From contig NW_026867476.1 of assembly GCF_020745735.1 (NCBI RefSeq), positions 372,001 to 436,000 of the forward strand: 64,000 nucleotides of DNA. The letters run 5' to 3'. This DNA comes from Hemiscyllium ocellatum (taxonomy: Eukaryota). A program made the translations under genes and the position numbers. Shown in pieces: positions 51,267 to 64,000 of this stretch. The notes beneath the pieces are model-generated. The model ran no database searches. It was not told the DNA's origin and worked only from the letters and a program-made list of their open reading frames with translations. How positions within the stretch are numbered: the stretch's first letter is position 1; every line of letters begins with the position of its first letter.

Positions 51267-52471
51267 TAATGATTACCAAATCAGCTCCAGTCTCCGTTTC
51301 CATCATATTTTATATCTTCCCAGGTTATCGCTGAAATTGTCCACCTATTAATTTCCAGAGACCAAACGCTGCATCAACTAGTAATGTGACACCTGCGTCA
51401 TTGCTTATGCTTAACTTCGCTTTGTCATTTCTATCACTTTTGCAGATATTATGCTACTCCCTGTCTCGGTTTAGAATAAGCTGCATCATGTCTCTGCTTG
51501 TACAAAACTAGACTCTACCTATGTTGTTCAATCCTTCGATTGTGCCAATGGCATTATACAAACACGTGTTACTTACTCGATTCGACGATGTCTGCATTCA
51601 TATTGTACCCTGACATATCTCTATTGTTGCTGCAATTTTATATTTTTGGTGGTGTTACATCTGGACAGTGGACACTGCAATTGGCTTTGTCTCATTTCCT
51701 CCTGCACTAGAATATGACCCGTTGCTGAATTCCATCGATCAAGTCTCTGTTGCCAATGAAATTGACAAAATATTTTTAAAACAGCTTCCAGGCACTGACT
51801 AACCTGATGATTCTCTCGTTATATCAAACATGGACGTTGGTCAACTGTTCCTGCACCAGTATGTCTGAACACGAACTTTACCACTTGGACGACCTCCAAT
51901 TGTGATTGATTTCATCAATTCAAGAACTTTTCGAATTCAATCTGACCAAAATTTGCATTTAGTGGTTCCCATCACGCCTACTCTCCCTCCATGTTAATTA
52001 TGTTTTCCAAAAGTTCAATTCTAAATTTATGGAAATGTTTCAAAATTGTTAATGGATTTGGTACGAAAACACATATGAATAAACGCAAATAGTGGAGGAA
52101 TGTTAAATGGTGGGCTGTTAAAATTAGCATCAAACTGAGATATAACAGAAATGAGAAACAGAAAGGAAAAGTTTGATATAGGTTCTCTGCCCAGTGTCTG
52201 CTGTCAGTGGATTCAATTTATAAAGACTCCACCTATTTTCTGAAGTGGGACGACCCAAAAAAATTGCAGCGAGCCTGTTGCGAAAGGGAAATGCAGTCAT
52301 TCACATTGTTGGAAGGCAGGAAGCAGTGAGGTAAAATTTTCAGTGAACTTTAAATGAGGTGAATGTTGTAATATAATAGTCCCTCTTGAGACAACCACGC
52401 GGAATAAATCAGAAGCAATTTGAATACGTCACAAAGCAAACTTCTATACCAATAAAACTTTCCTCCAGTTT

Positions 52472-54830
52472 ATGAGTGATGATGCAAGAGCCAGGCATTT
52501 TCCCATTCTTTATCACTTGCTTTCTATTCTCGCGGTTACTGGTGCACCTAATATGTCACTGATGCTCAAGAAAATTATTCTTGCCGTTTATGTCCAGAAA
52601 TATATCTTTTTATCCTTTCCAGCATTCAACAGATTCTTTTTCCCAAAATGCAAAGCTTTCATTTAGGCAGCTTCACCCCAGTGCATATAGCATATGATGG
52701 GTTACTATGGGTGCTATGACAAAATATCACGTATTACTGGCAATTCCATTGTAATAAAATACTTTTTAAGATTAATTTTGCATGTTGTGTACTTTCAGAA
52801 ACATGTTCTATTGGATGTTGGAACATAAAATTGATGAATGACTATGAATAAACATAAATTGTACCATTGACCAGGATTACATTCCTTACAAATTCAGTAA
52901 AATGCATTGTAGCATTTAAACTCATTGCCACATTTGTAGTTAATCATAGTGCAGGAAAGAACCTTTAGGCACTGGGTTTATGACGGTATCCGAATATGAC
53001 TTATGTTAAGGTTGGACCTTACAGATGTTTTGTAATATATACACACATTCAGTGATTATGTAAATATACAGTGTGTGTTTTCATAGGATATAATCAAGTA
53101 TAGAGTTTCCAATGGACAGCACCATTGTTCATGTGGACTTCGGAATTAATTAGAGTTTAATCCAAAAAATGTCGGTGCATCTGCAAGATGTTTAAACTAT
53201 TGGCAATTTGCTACTCTGCTATGAAGTTTCGCAGAATTTGGGTCATTGTTTTTTTTAACTAATTAATCATAAATATTATTCACAATTATTAGAAAGTGCA
53301 ATTGCAATTCGTCTCCAGCCACTTCACTACACATTTCAAAGACCACAACAAATTCAGTAAATCAATTTAGTCTCGAAATATATGGGATATCACCAAAATA
53401 TTTGAAGAAAGGAACGTCTTAAATACGGGAACAGGAGTAGAACAACTGAGGTGAGAATTACAGTGATTTAATCTGGACTAGTCAAATATATAACCAACTC
53501 AGTTAGAAGTATAATCTGGAGCTGTACACATGATGCAGAATCAAAGTTAGCATGAGATTTCAAACAATTGTATGACTTTAAGATAAAGAATGTGATGAGA
53601 CTCTGTCACTTTTGAAAATTCGAAGGATGAAATGTTAAAGGGTGAGATGTCACAGGCGAGGAGCCAATTTTTGGTGTTGCAGGATGTCTGGGGATTATTC
53701 TGCACCAGTTCATGGGCACCACATAATTCCACTATTTGAACTGGACAAGTCGCCAATGGAATTTACTCAGTGATGAGGGAACAATATTTACACCTAGGAC
53801 TGATTGCATTGACAGATGCTTGCTGCTGCACGGGATGTTCAACACCTGTCAATTATTGCAGATAAAGAAGACACTGGAAGTGCCACGGTGATTTTTGAAG
53901 AGTGGTAAATGTTTGTATGAAGCAGCAGACGGTGTTTGCAGTGAGCTCAGTCATATTTTTCTCTTTGAACCTCTCCCAGCCAACATGCTGGTAATCATAA
54001 TGCTATCTTGAGGGTGGTGTGGTCTCTCCCAGTGCATCACGGAGTATCTTTTAGCTATCACAATGACTGATTTCTTTGTCATCTCCACTGCAGCTATCTT
54101 AAATCAAATCAGCTACATTTATTTCAGGGAAAGGGTCTTGTCTACGACTCCTACAGACACTCTCAGCATCGTGCTGGTCTGTGCCATCCGGGATTGCTCA
54201 GTCTATCTGACAGTCGACTTTGCTATCGACCAGTTTGTGCCCATCTGCTGCCAGAAGTTGAAGAGTGGAGAGTGTACGGAGAAAACTGTGTTTTCGGTCA
54301 TTGGAATAGCCTGTGTGCTGCACCAAGAAAATCCCATACCGATTTATCGCCAAATCCTGATATATCTTACAAGCGGCGTCGTGATTTTGCAACATCGAAG
54401 CAAATTTCTACATCTGGCTAGCTTGGTAGGCTTATTTTTTGCTTTTCCAGATCTATGCCCCTTTTCTCCCGTTTTTCGTCAGTCTCATGATCAACTTCCT
54501 CAAAATAAGACAGACCCTAGCGGCGAACAGAGCCCACAGAATGCTCCGTGGTGGTGGGAAGCAGCAGGACCCAGAGATGGCTAACCACAAGAGGTCCATT
54601 ATTCTGCTGTTCTCCATCTCTCTCAGCTTCCTCTCTTGTGGCTCCCTCTCATCTGACATTTCATCTATATGTAGCTTAAAACTGAGAGCTATTTCAGTGG
54701 ACAGGATTTCAGAGACCCGCAGTAAATCTTCCAAGAGAGGAACAACACACTTCAGTTGAAGGAGCTCAGTGTGTACTGCTCTCATATACACATATTGCAG
54801 AAACCTAATGGAAAATAAGCATCAGGAGCA
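52472..54830 (+). pseudogene. GPR139/GPR142-like GPCR pseudogene: exon 1 ~52472-52550 (donor lost), exon 2 from 53980
   Basis: ILYHLLSILAVTGAP exon-1 motif; acceptor ctctcccag; NMLVIIMLS*GWCGLSQCITEYLLAITMTDFFVI...DFAIDQFV...ECTEKTV with frameshifts and deletions. Confidence 0.85.
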
Positions 54831-55649
54831 GTAGGATCTAATGCCTATTCTCCACATCTGACATTTCATCGTGACTGATCTTGAGAAAATATGGAATGAT
54901 TAAAAATTCATTATTTCTCGGCAAGAGGCAAACTTGTGCTGTGTTTCCACACTCCCGCCTCTCTTGCAGCTTCCACACTCTATTGGCCCAGTGCCAGTGC
55001 CATTTGTTTATTTATTCCTCACTTTCCATGTTTCAGTTCTGATTGCAAATTTCCTTGCACTTCATTATGTTCTTACTCACTTACTTCCAGCCTCCCTTCA
55101 TCATCTCATCATCATGGGCTAAATGTAGGGGAATGGCACTGGGTTGGTTGCGCTTTGAAACATTTGATTCCTTTACTCTTTAACAACATCTTCAAGTTAT
55201 TTCCCCTGCACCTCCATCAGAAATTTGATTTTGTACTTTTATTCAATTAAACAATAACAAATTTTTGAATGAAAAGAAACTACTCAAGAAACTTCGCAGG
55301 TCTGGCAGCATCCGTGGAGAGAAAGCTGACTTAGCATTTCGAGTGCAAGGACGCTTCTTCAGATAGTTTCCCATAAAGGAAACTATCTTTTCTCTCAGAG
55401 TTTAACTCTAATTGATTTATACATCTGACTGTCACTGATTGTCATTTTGCTCTTTAACAGAAGAAAACATTCCAACTAACTCGGGGATGCCACTGAATGG
55501 TGCATTCTGAAAGATTGAACTTTTCTCGATATTGGATAACTGTGTATCAGTTCATGCAAAGCTTTACTTTCAATTTATTTCAGCTAACTGAAGATAATTC
55601 AAAAAAATTGCTTGAAAACAAATATGAAGTTGAAAAGAAATTAGAGTTA

Positions 55650-57205
55650 TACTTCGGTTGTGGGTAAAGTGGTGGAAAAAATGTTATAACACAGAGGATT
55701 TACAATCATCTAGAAAGGAGTAAGATGATTACAGGTAGTAAACACGGTTTTGTGAAGGATTGGTCCTGCCTCTCAAAGCTTACTGAGTTATTTGAAATGG
55801 TGACAAAGCAGGTAGATGAGAATAAAGTGGATGATGTGCTTTATATTGATTTTAGTAAGGCGTTTGATCAGTTACCACACTGTTGGCTAGTGCACAAAAT
55901 ACGAAGGCATGGGATTGTAGGTGATTTACCTGTTTAAATCAGAAATTGGCCAGCTGAAAGAGGGCAGAGTGTGATGGGTGATGGGAAATATGCATTCTGG
56001 AATTTAATTACTCGTGGTCTTCCGCAAGCATCTCTTTTGGAGCCACCATTTATACTTTTTAGAAATGATCTGGATGAGGGCATAGAAGAACGCGTTATTA
56101 AATTTTCGGATAATAGCAAGTTTCGCAGAGTTGTGCATAATGCTGAAGTAAGTTGGCGGTTACAGACAGACATAGCTAAGCTGCTGATCTGGGCTGAGAG
56201 GTGGCAAATAAAATTTAATTCGGAAAGGTGTGAGGTCATTCACTTTGGAAGGAGGAACGGGAATAAAGAGTGCTGGGCTATTGTGGTGTGGATGAGCAAA
56301 GAGATCTGTGTGTACATGCACATAAACTCTTGAAAGTTGCAATCGGTTTTGATAGGGTTGCTAAAAAAACACATCCGGTGTCATAGCTTTTATTGATGGA
56401 GGGATTGAGTTCCAGAACCACGAATTCATGTTGGAAAAGTACAAAATTCTGGTGTGGCCACTCTTGGAGTAGTGTGTCCAGATCTGCTCACCACTGTTTC
56501 GGATGGATGCACAATTTTTGGAAAGGGTTCAGAGGGGATTTATTAGGATGTTGACGGTTCGAGAGGGAAGGTCTTACGTAGAAAGGCTGAGGGACTTGTT
56601 TTGTAAGACGGAATAAGATTGAGAGGTGACTTAATTGAGGGATATAAGATAATTCAGAGGGTTAGATATGGTGGACAGTGAGAACCTTTTTCGTCGGATG
56701 GTGATGGCGAGCACGAAAGGACATAGCTTCAAATTGTGGGGCGATAGATATCGGACAGATGGCAGAGGTAGCTACTTTATTCAGAGAGCAGGAGGGGCGT
56801 GGAAAGACCTGCCTGCAACAGTAGTAGATTCGCCAATTTTAAAGCATTTAAATAAGCATTGGATAGACATAAGGATCAAAATCCAGAAAGTGAGGACTGC
56901 AGATGCTGGATATCAAAGTTGAGAGTGTAGTGCTGGAAAAGCACAGCAGATCAGTCAGCATTCAAGGAGGAGGCGAATCGACGTTTTTGGGCATTCGCCG
57001 TTCCTGATGAAGGGCTTGTGTCCAACACGTCAATTTTCCTGCTACTCGGATGTTGCCTGACCTGCTGTGCTTTTCCATCATCACACTCTTGATATGGCTG
57101 AAAATAGAATAGTGTAGGTTAGATGAGATACAAATTGGTTCCTGTGGTCAGCGTAACATTGAGGACCAAAGGACCTGTACTGCACTGTGTTCGATGTTCT
57201 ATGAA
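55650..57205 (+). mobile_element. Degenerate CR1 ORF2 3-prime half with a hairpin-element insertion (~56880-57095)
   Basis: KHGFVKDWSCL...VDDVLYIDFSKAFD, GLPQASLLEP, ERWQIKFNSERCEVIHFG, tail gacctgtactgcactgtgttcgatgttctatg. Confidence 0.85.
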
Positions 57206-58877
57206 ATGTATTTCATTCAAATTTAACTGTAGGATGTGTTCCCGACACGAACCAAATGCTGATTAGCCACGTTGTTGCAGATTATTTATATTAAAGGAGA
57301 GTACGGTATTTCAAACCAACTATTCCAAAACTCCATCCTCAGTAACTGGCGGTTTGGGGTCATCGATGCCCCCACATTACTTATATGTTTCAGTTGAAAT
57401 TTTGAAAGAGCATGATGTTAAGAGCTGGCTTACAGTAAATTGAGACACGCTCAGCTGTTCACTGTCATTAAATGAAAGCACCAATCATTCTGAGACATTA
57501 CTTTCCATCCGGGATAAACAGATCCACAGAATCCCAGCAGTCTAACTTCGAAGACGCTGAGTTTTTGTGTGCTTCACTTCTTCGTGTTGCAACATATTAT
57601 CTTGTAGAAAAGTCAACTTGTCCCATGAATTTTCCACGCAGCAACCCAACCACCACCACCACACCCACCCACCCACAACCCAACGCCCCCCCCCACGCCC
57701 CTACCGACCCCCGAAATTATTCCACGTCCAATGAAAATTATTGTCGAAAGGCAAGTTGTCTTTCTCAAAATGCAGACCCTTAAATCCCAATTTATCCATC
57801 ACTGTTCTCAATGGCAAACTTGCCTGTTCACATCTCTGACATCATATGACAGTTTTGCCTCTATAGCGGCCATAATGTGATTTGACGGTCTTGTGGTATG
57901 TGAAATGGACTTTAAGTCCACAGGGCAATGTAATACTCTCAGAATACGGATTCTACTTCCACTATTGTAGGTTATGAAAGAGAAACCAAAATTTTGTGAA
58001 GAATTAATGATGATCACGAATCATTTGTTCGGAAGAACGCTTCTGGTTCAATGAAGTCCTTGAGGGAAGGGAATTGTCGTCCTCGACACTTCTGTTAAAA
58101 CTTCCATGTGACAACAGATAAACAGCAATGTTCTCATCTCTGAAACCTGTTCAGAACTCTGATTAGATCAGGTAACAGGACAACGAACCTTTTTTAAAAT
58201 CACAGTCTTTCTGAGCGCTGCTCCTTTGTCACCTGATGAAGAAGCAGTGCTCAGGAAGATTGTGGTTTGAAATAAACCTTTGTCTTATAACTCGGTGTCT
58301 TCTGACTTCTGACTTTGCCCACCCCAGTCCAATACTAACAATTCCACATCACTCTTATCTTGACGAAAAGGCAAAAAAAAAATGCCATCAATGCCCACAA
58401 TATTGACAATGCATTTTTAAAACAACTATTCCTATTCCTCTATACTTACTCAGCATGTCTGTGCAGCTCAGTCGGTTCGATTCAGCAGCTGACAGTTCAA
58501 CAAATAACGTGAGAAATCGACGGTAAAGGTGTCGTCTGTTGAATTTTGATCTCGCAAATTAAAGTGAGGCTGAGTACTCTCATACACTGAGATTTCGATA
58601 GAACGAGACAATGAAGGTGAAACACAAATAAAGACTCGAGACACCATCAGGCATTGAGGTGCCACTGAGTTGTGTCACGAAACCAACACAGCCACAGATA
58701 AATATGAGCTAGTGGGTAATTGACTAAGTGTTGGTAGATGAGATTCGAATAATTAAATGCTCATTATTGTCCAGTACAATTTGGGTCGTCCAAAGAATAT
58801 TTTCCTGTCCTGCAAAATTCTTTGATTCTATAACTCCATGGTTTGATGTGCATGCATTTATTCTGGTATTATTTTGT

Positions 58878-59086
58878 GAGTGTGTGTGTGTGTGTGTGTG
58901 TCTGTGTGTGTGTGTGTCTGTGCGTATGTGCAACGTGCGCACTGTGTTCTTCTCTCGGTTTCACTGGGCTATGATTGCCATTGGAGTAGTCCATGCGTCC
59001 ATGATAAATAGGCTGAACAGGCAATTAATATATGCACACGATCCTGTAAATTGTTTTGTACCAATTGATCAAATTCCAAAAGAATT
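58878..59086 (+). repeat. GT microsatellite plus flank, paralogous to 51059-51266
   Basis: See 51059-51266. Confidence 0.8.
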
Positions 59087-59164
59087 CATTCGAGCTGTCT
59101 GTCTGGATGTTATCAGTATCATCATAATATACAGAGCTCCCTGTAGACTCATCAGAACAGATCA

Positions 59165-59518
59165 ATGTCACCGACATCACTTCTGTCTCAAAATGTGAGC
59201 ATTGTGGCGAAGTAGCAGAAGTTCCATGACTCTGATCTGATATAATTGAGAATGAATGATTTTATAAACTTATTACAGTCGTAATACATTAACTCAGGAT
59301 GCTGTGCAGATAAACTGCAGGTACAAACTGGTTCAGATGGCATGTCGTGCATCGGGACACACTGAAATAACATCAGGGTCAGTGCATGAACCAACATCAT
59401 GGGCAACAAGAAAAGACAAACGGCTACAACTTAGTCTGTCGATTTGAGACAAACGTGGTCAAATCGTTAGCGGAAGTACACAGTGATGTAAACGTGATAT
59501 TTATGGCATACAACTTCC
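59165..59518 (+). pseudogene. Possible heavily decayed V relic
   Basis: GTGAGC donor (59195) and ttattacAG acceptor (59278) 84 bp apart, TLTQ-DAVQINCRY FR1-like peptide, then CACAGTG at 59479 with a weak nonamer at 23-24 bp; no recognisable YYC and too short for a V. Confidence 0.3.
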
Positions 59519-60049
59519 ATCTCCAGCACACACCCCAACATACAAGCACACGCACGCACACTCTTCTTGCTTTCAGTTCGAGGACAGCTGCTACAATCTC
59601 TTCAAAACTAAGGGGCGGGGGAGAGAAGAAGACTGAGGATTTCAATGACGTGCTTGGGGCAATGATGCTTCAAGGTTTTTGTCTCAAGTCGTCACGAATA
59701 GCAGGTTAAAGCAGAGATCATTGTGACAGCTTAGTGTGTGGACACCTGAAGGGCCAACAACCCAACTCAGCCTTGGATATCAGATTACGTTCAGCATTTC
59801 TAATTTGTGGCAGGAAGTGGAGATTCTGAATCACTCAACCTTTTTGGGTTTTCGGGTAACAGGAACTATGTGACCATAGTTCCTCATGGGACACCGTGAA
59901 AACACTTTCCTGTTCGAAAAATTGATCAAAATACCGTATCAGGTTAGTAGATTCTAATAACTGTGGGGTTGATGAGTTACGATGATACTGATCCCAAAGT
60001 TAAAGCTTTGAGCATCAGTTTCCAGAATATGTCGATACTCAGATGAATT

Positions 60050-60820
60050 AGATTTGGGACGTGGAATACTAGGTAAATGGAAACGCCTACGGAAACTTCG
60101 AGCACAGAGAGATGTGATAGCCCTTCTTCAATACAAAATCATCCACGTTCAGCAGGTTATAGGGATGGACTATGAACTGTGAATCTTCATATCAAAGGGA
60201 TATGTGTACGGAAATAAGGAGGATTGCATTAAACATCACAAGGCAAATGCCTGACAATAGCTGGAATATCGTCAGCAGTTTGATCTCTATGCCTAAAGAA
60301 AGACATGTTGGCATTTGTAGCAGACCAGAGAGGATCCACCAGGGCAGGTCTCTGGGATGGTTTAGGAGGAGATACGGAGGTCTCTGGGATGGTTTAGGAG
60401 GAGATACGGATCAGATCTTAACTCATCGCGGTTCAGAAGAATGAGAAGCGATTTCATTGAAACACGAAAAATAATTTCTTTGTGTGCTTGACAGGCGAGA
60501 AGCAGGATGTTCTTTTATCTTTTGGGAGAGTCGAGGACCTCCCAATCTCAGAGTAAATGGTCAGCCACCGAGATCAGAGATGACGGGATACATATTCTCT
60601 CAGGTCGAATTAACTACTGAAATGGTCTATCATGTGGTCTGTAGCTCATACTTTCAAGGCTGAGACGCACAGATTTGTACTCAGTAAGGATTCAAGGTTG
60701 ATGGGGAACAGACATGAAAGTGGAGTTGAGGATTTTGAGATAAACCATAATTTTATTTGAATATCGGAGCAGAAAAGATGGACCTAAGGCCTATTTCTGC
60801 TGCACATTCGACTGTTTCAT
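60050..60820 (+). mobile_element. Old CR1 3-prime remnant containing a perfect 32-bp tandem duplication (60346-60409)
   Basis: CR1-like C-terminal and tail motifs (gacctaaggcctatttctgc); aggtctctgggatggtttaggaggagatacgg x2. Confidence 0.55.
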
Positions 60821-61265
60821 TGAACTTTGCATTCACTGCTTTCAGATTTTTAATCTGACATTCTAACCTGCCCAATAAACAACAATAAACGACAGATCTA
60901 CTTCACAGCCATTCATTTTGATCTTATATCAGTTTAGCTGGTGGAAGTGATCACTTAACTGATAACCCCCAACTGTCTGCATGTCTCCCTCCAGCGTTTT
61001 CTTACATAAAATAGCAGCTGGTCCCACATTGTTCTTTGTTTACGATGAGGATTGAATTTGCGTACCTTGTTATTTTAAAAATTAGTAACATTTAAATGAA
61101 AATTAATGCCTAATTAAACAGTGTAGGGATCAGAACTAGGAGTCGATGAGATCATCATGAATGAGGTGCTCGGAGGTGTGGGGGTGGGGTGGTGGCTCAC
61201 TGAAAATCGACTTCATGTCAACATTCAACTCGTTCATTCACTGAAGTGTCGCTCGATATTCTGAC

Positions 61266-61739
61266 AGGAATTGTACAAGTTCACTGCAGTTCTGTGGCTC
61301 TGTGGGTCTCAGTGAATAATAATACATGGCAGAGTCTGTCCACTGGATTTTCGTAACTTTTAGAGGTACGATTCGAAAGGATTCATTGAGCTTTGCTGGA
61401 AAACGTTTCTCTTGAAATCCTTCCATGTATGTTCCTCTGTACCAAAACCTCAACGGATCCACTTGGATAGTGATGGTGGCAGAACAGGTAACAAACACTG
61501 CTGATTGTCATTCTGTAATTACAGAAAACCTGAACATGATTTCGTTCATTTACTGAGCTTTCACTTGGTGATTGTGAAGCAGCGTCTCCTCGACAATTCC
61601 CTGTAAAAGCACATAAAGATATTAAGTTAAACAATAGCATGTTATTGCGCCTTTCCCTCCTAGAACCAATGTGATGACTACCACATATACATTGAGAATT
61701 AACTTAGAAAATTATACAGAAACGTATGAAAGAAAACAT
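61266..61739 (-). pseudogene. TCR V pseudogene (V exon 61600-61305) with retained 23-RSS (CACAGAG - 23 - ACAATTCCT, 61304-61266)
   Basis: GNCRGDAASQ...VQVFCNY resembles the 27 kb V; Trp41 lost, frameshift after VLVQRN, Cys104 replaced (DSAMYYYSLR), candidate leader 61739-~61690 has a stop. Confidence 0.85.
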
Positions 61740-62529
61740 GATATACAACGCTCAATTTAACTTGCTTTAATGTACTCTCAGTGGGTTCTGTGGCGGGAAG
61801 TTCTCCAATGAGACAGATATTGGAACATAAATAGATTATTCCAGTGCTAACCAAATCAAAATTTGAATTCAATGTGCAGGGATCAGTCCATGAGCCGATC
61901 CTGTAAAACGTACAGCTGATACAAATCATTTGTTTTCACAAGTTCAGAAGGATCCAACTCTTCTGGTCACTTCACAGCAGTATCTGGACATTTCTGTGCT
62001 CTGACTACATGTACAAAATGAGACAATTGTGAGCTGAAACAACAAACAATTTTTCAATTTACCAGTTAAGAAAGCTGCAGCGGTAACAACAAAGTAAAAA
62101 TTAACCCCAAACATATTTGCAGAGAAATCATGACGGATCTGAACAGAATTTTTTTTTTCTGAAATGGGTATTTGTCAAGAAATGAGATGATGCCTGATAT
62201 CGATCTCCCTGCTGATTGATTTGTTCTGGACCAACACAAAAGGTAACATCTAATACAGTGGCAAAATCATTGTTTTGCACAAAAAAACTGCTCAATACGC
62301 CTCTGTTCTGAAAATGGTGACGTCAGAAAAATTGACGGTGGAATGGCATGATATTGAAACATAATTTTTGCTGCTGTTGAAATTAGTCCTCCCTCCTCAT
62401 TAGAGCAACTATTCTAAAACGTGCAAAACAGAAAGCATCGCTGGTATCCCTCTGTATAACAATGTTGAAATTATTCTCCAAAATGGATGTGGAACTATCC
62501 AAATGTTGGATCTTGAAACATGTTCAACC

Positions 62530-63480
62530 TGTTCCTTGTTTTCTCAACAAGTCTCCTTTTGCTTCACTCAATCTTTCACCACTTATTCCCTCTTCTTTCC
62601 TCAACATCTTGTTACTTCAATTATATTTCTGTCCATTCGCACGTTGTTCCATCTCGTTTACAACTGTCTCTATTCATGTCTAGCTTATTTCTGCCTCCAT
62701 TTCGTTTTCAGACACCCTTTCTAAATCCTCTCCTCTCTTTTACTACATCTTCATGATCTCTTTTTGCGTTCGCTCTCCCCTACCCTCTTTGTTCAATTTA
62801 TTTCTCACGCCCTTTCTCTCTGCGCTTATCCATTGCAATGTTGTATTATCTCCTTTAATGCGATTAAAAGCAATCTCACTTTCAAGTTTTGTTATTTTTT
62901 CTCTCTCTATTCTTGTCTTTCTCACTGTCTTTATGTTTCTGCATATGTCCAACCAACTCTGTCGGTCACTCTCAGTCTCCTTTAATCTGTGTGTTTAAAT
63001 CATCCTCTCCCGAAGATTGTTGCATTCCTTTTAATGCTCCTCTACATGATATCTTTCTGTTTCTTTTCTTGCCTCGTCTTGTATCTTTCTTTCTCCAGTT
63101 TCGATCTCATTATCTCTCATTATCTTATTTAATATCAATTTATTTATCTGTCCCTCTTTGCAAAGTTCTCCACGTATATGTCCTGTGTTTGTTCTCTGTC
63201 TCTCGCTGTTCCTCTCCCTCAGTGTTCTCTATTCCATATGGTAATTCACTCTTTATTTACATATTTATTTGTCTTCTCTCTTGGATATCTGTATTTCTAT
63301 TTTTCTCTCCTCTGTTTTTGCTGTCCCTTTCTCTACTTCACTTTAGGTCTGACAGGCATTTTACGTTAACCACTGTTTCATATTGCAGTTTTATGTAGTG
63401 TCTCTATCTCTCTGTTTATCTTTTTTCCTTCTTCTTTCTCTTATCACGCGTGCCTCCATGTCTCTTCATTGCCAAATTGT
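62530..63480 (+). repeat. Pyrimidine-rich low-complexity region
   Basis: Strong T/C bias on the plus strand; the many overlapping Phe/Leu/Ser ORFs are compositional artefacts. Confidence 0.85.
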
Positions 63481-63917
63481 GCTGTTTCTTCACATGGTTC
63501 TTGTCTTTCACTCCATATTCTGCTCTTTGGAGACAAAGCACTCTGTCCAGCTCCGCTGTTTTAATGCAGCCTTCCTGGCGTGTGCAACATTGTGTCATGT
63601 AATGAAATAGCAGGAGTTTGTATTTGCACGGAAAAAAGACGGGACATGACTCTTCTGCCAACTAAAAAAGCTGATAACATTGGTCGTGCTGCGTGGTGTG
63701 TATACGTTTCAATGATGTGTAACATGCTGACCTCTGACGGGGATGGACAGAGCTCAAAATGACACAAAACAGTAGATAGTCCAAGCTTGTACTTTCAAAT
63801 TACCTTGTTCTGCAATAACCTGGTGTGGCACGATTTGTAAATATGTTTAAACGTTCAGTATCTGCTCCACAAGGTATGGTCTCTCTCGGACAATTAATAA
63901 TTTTTGCCTTGTTGCAG

Positions 63918-64000
63918 GTACCAATGGCAAAGACTCAGCATTCCAGGATCAACACGAAATCACAGTCTTGGAAGGACAAAATATTCCCTTGAACTGCAGT
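63918..64000 (+). CDS. 5-prime part of a TCR V exon, truncated by the window edge
   Basis: Acceptor tttttgccttgttgcAG then (G)TNGKDSAFQDQHEITVLEGQNIPLNCS, typical FR1 up to Cys23; leader not confidently located. Confidence 0.75.

Noticed and set aside
57640-57715. C-rich tract (G-quadruplex potential on minus strand)
   Set aside because: Simple low-complexity sequence with no associated feature.
62318-62325. CRE site TGACGTCA upstream of the V pseudogene
   Set aside because: About 580 bp from the leader and a single 8-mer; not distinguishable from chance.
62462-63610. Many overlapping Phe/Leu/Ser-rich ORFs
   Set aside because: Pyrimidine-rich low complexity lacks stop codons; not genes.
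63843-63873. Candidate leader MFKRSVSAPQ for the edge V
   Set aside because: Not hydrophobic and would imply a 44-bp intron.

Overview
Eukaryotic genomic DNA from a cartilaginous fish (inference: shark-type tRNA-derived SINEs, CR1 and Penelope repeats, and an IgNAR-like V gene), covering part of the V-segment region of the T-cell receptor alpha/delta locus. Directly visible: two apparently intact TCR V segments on the minus strand (27.1-27.5 kb; 30.6-30.95 kb, the latter with leader and V in one exon), a complete NAR-TCR cassette on the plus strand (leader + IgNAR-like V, D, J, then a leaderless supporting TCR-delta V; 44.8-49.1 kb), a V pseudogene (61.3-61.7 kb, minus) and the start of another V at the window edge (63.9 kb, plus). 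These are interleaved with four decayed GPR139/142-like class A GPCR genes, C2H2 zinc-finger relics, a ~1.5 kb tandem duplication and many retroelements (CR1, Penelope, Gmr1-type Gypsy, SINEs, hairpin elements). The most unusual observation is a ~60-bp-period array of four (plus a degenerate fifth) same-orientation 23-bp-spacer recombination signal sequences behind the supporting V, with the V reading frame open up to the third signal. All calls come from reading the sequence; no database search was run, and repeat boundaries are approximate.
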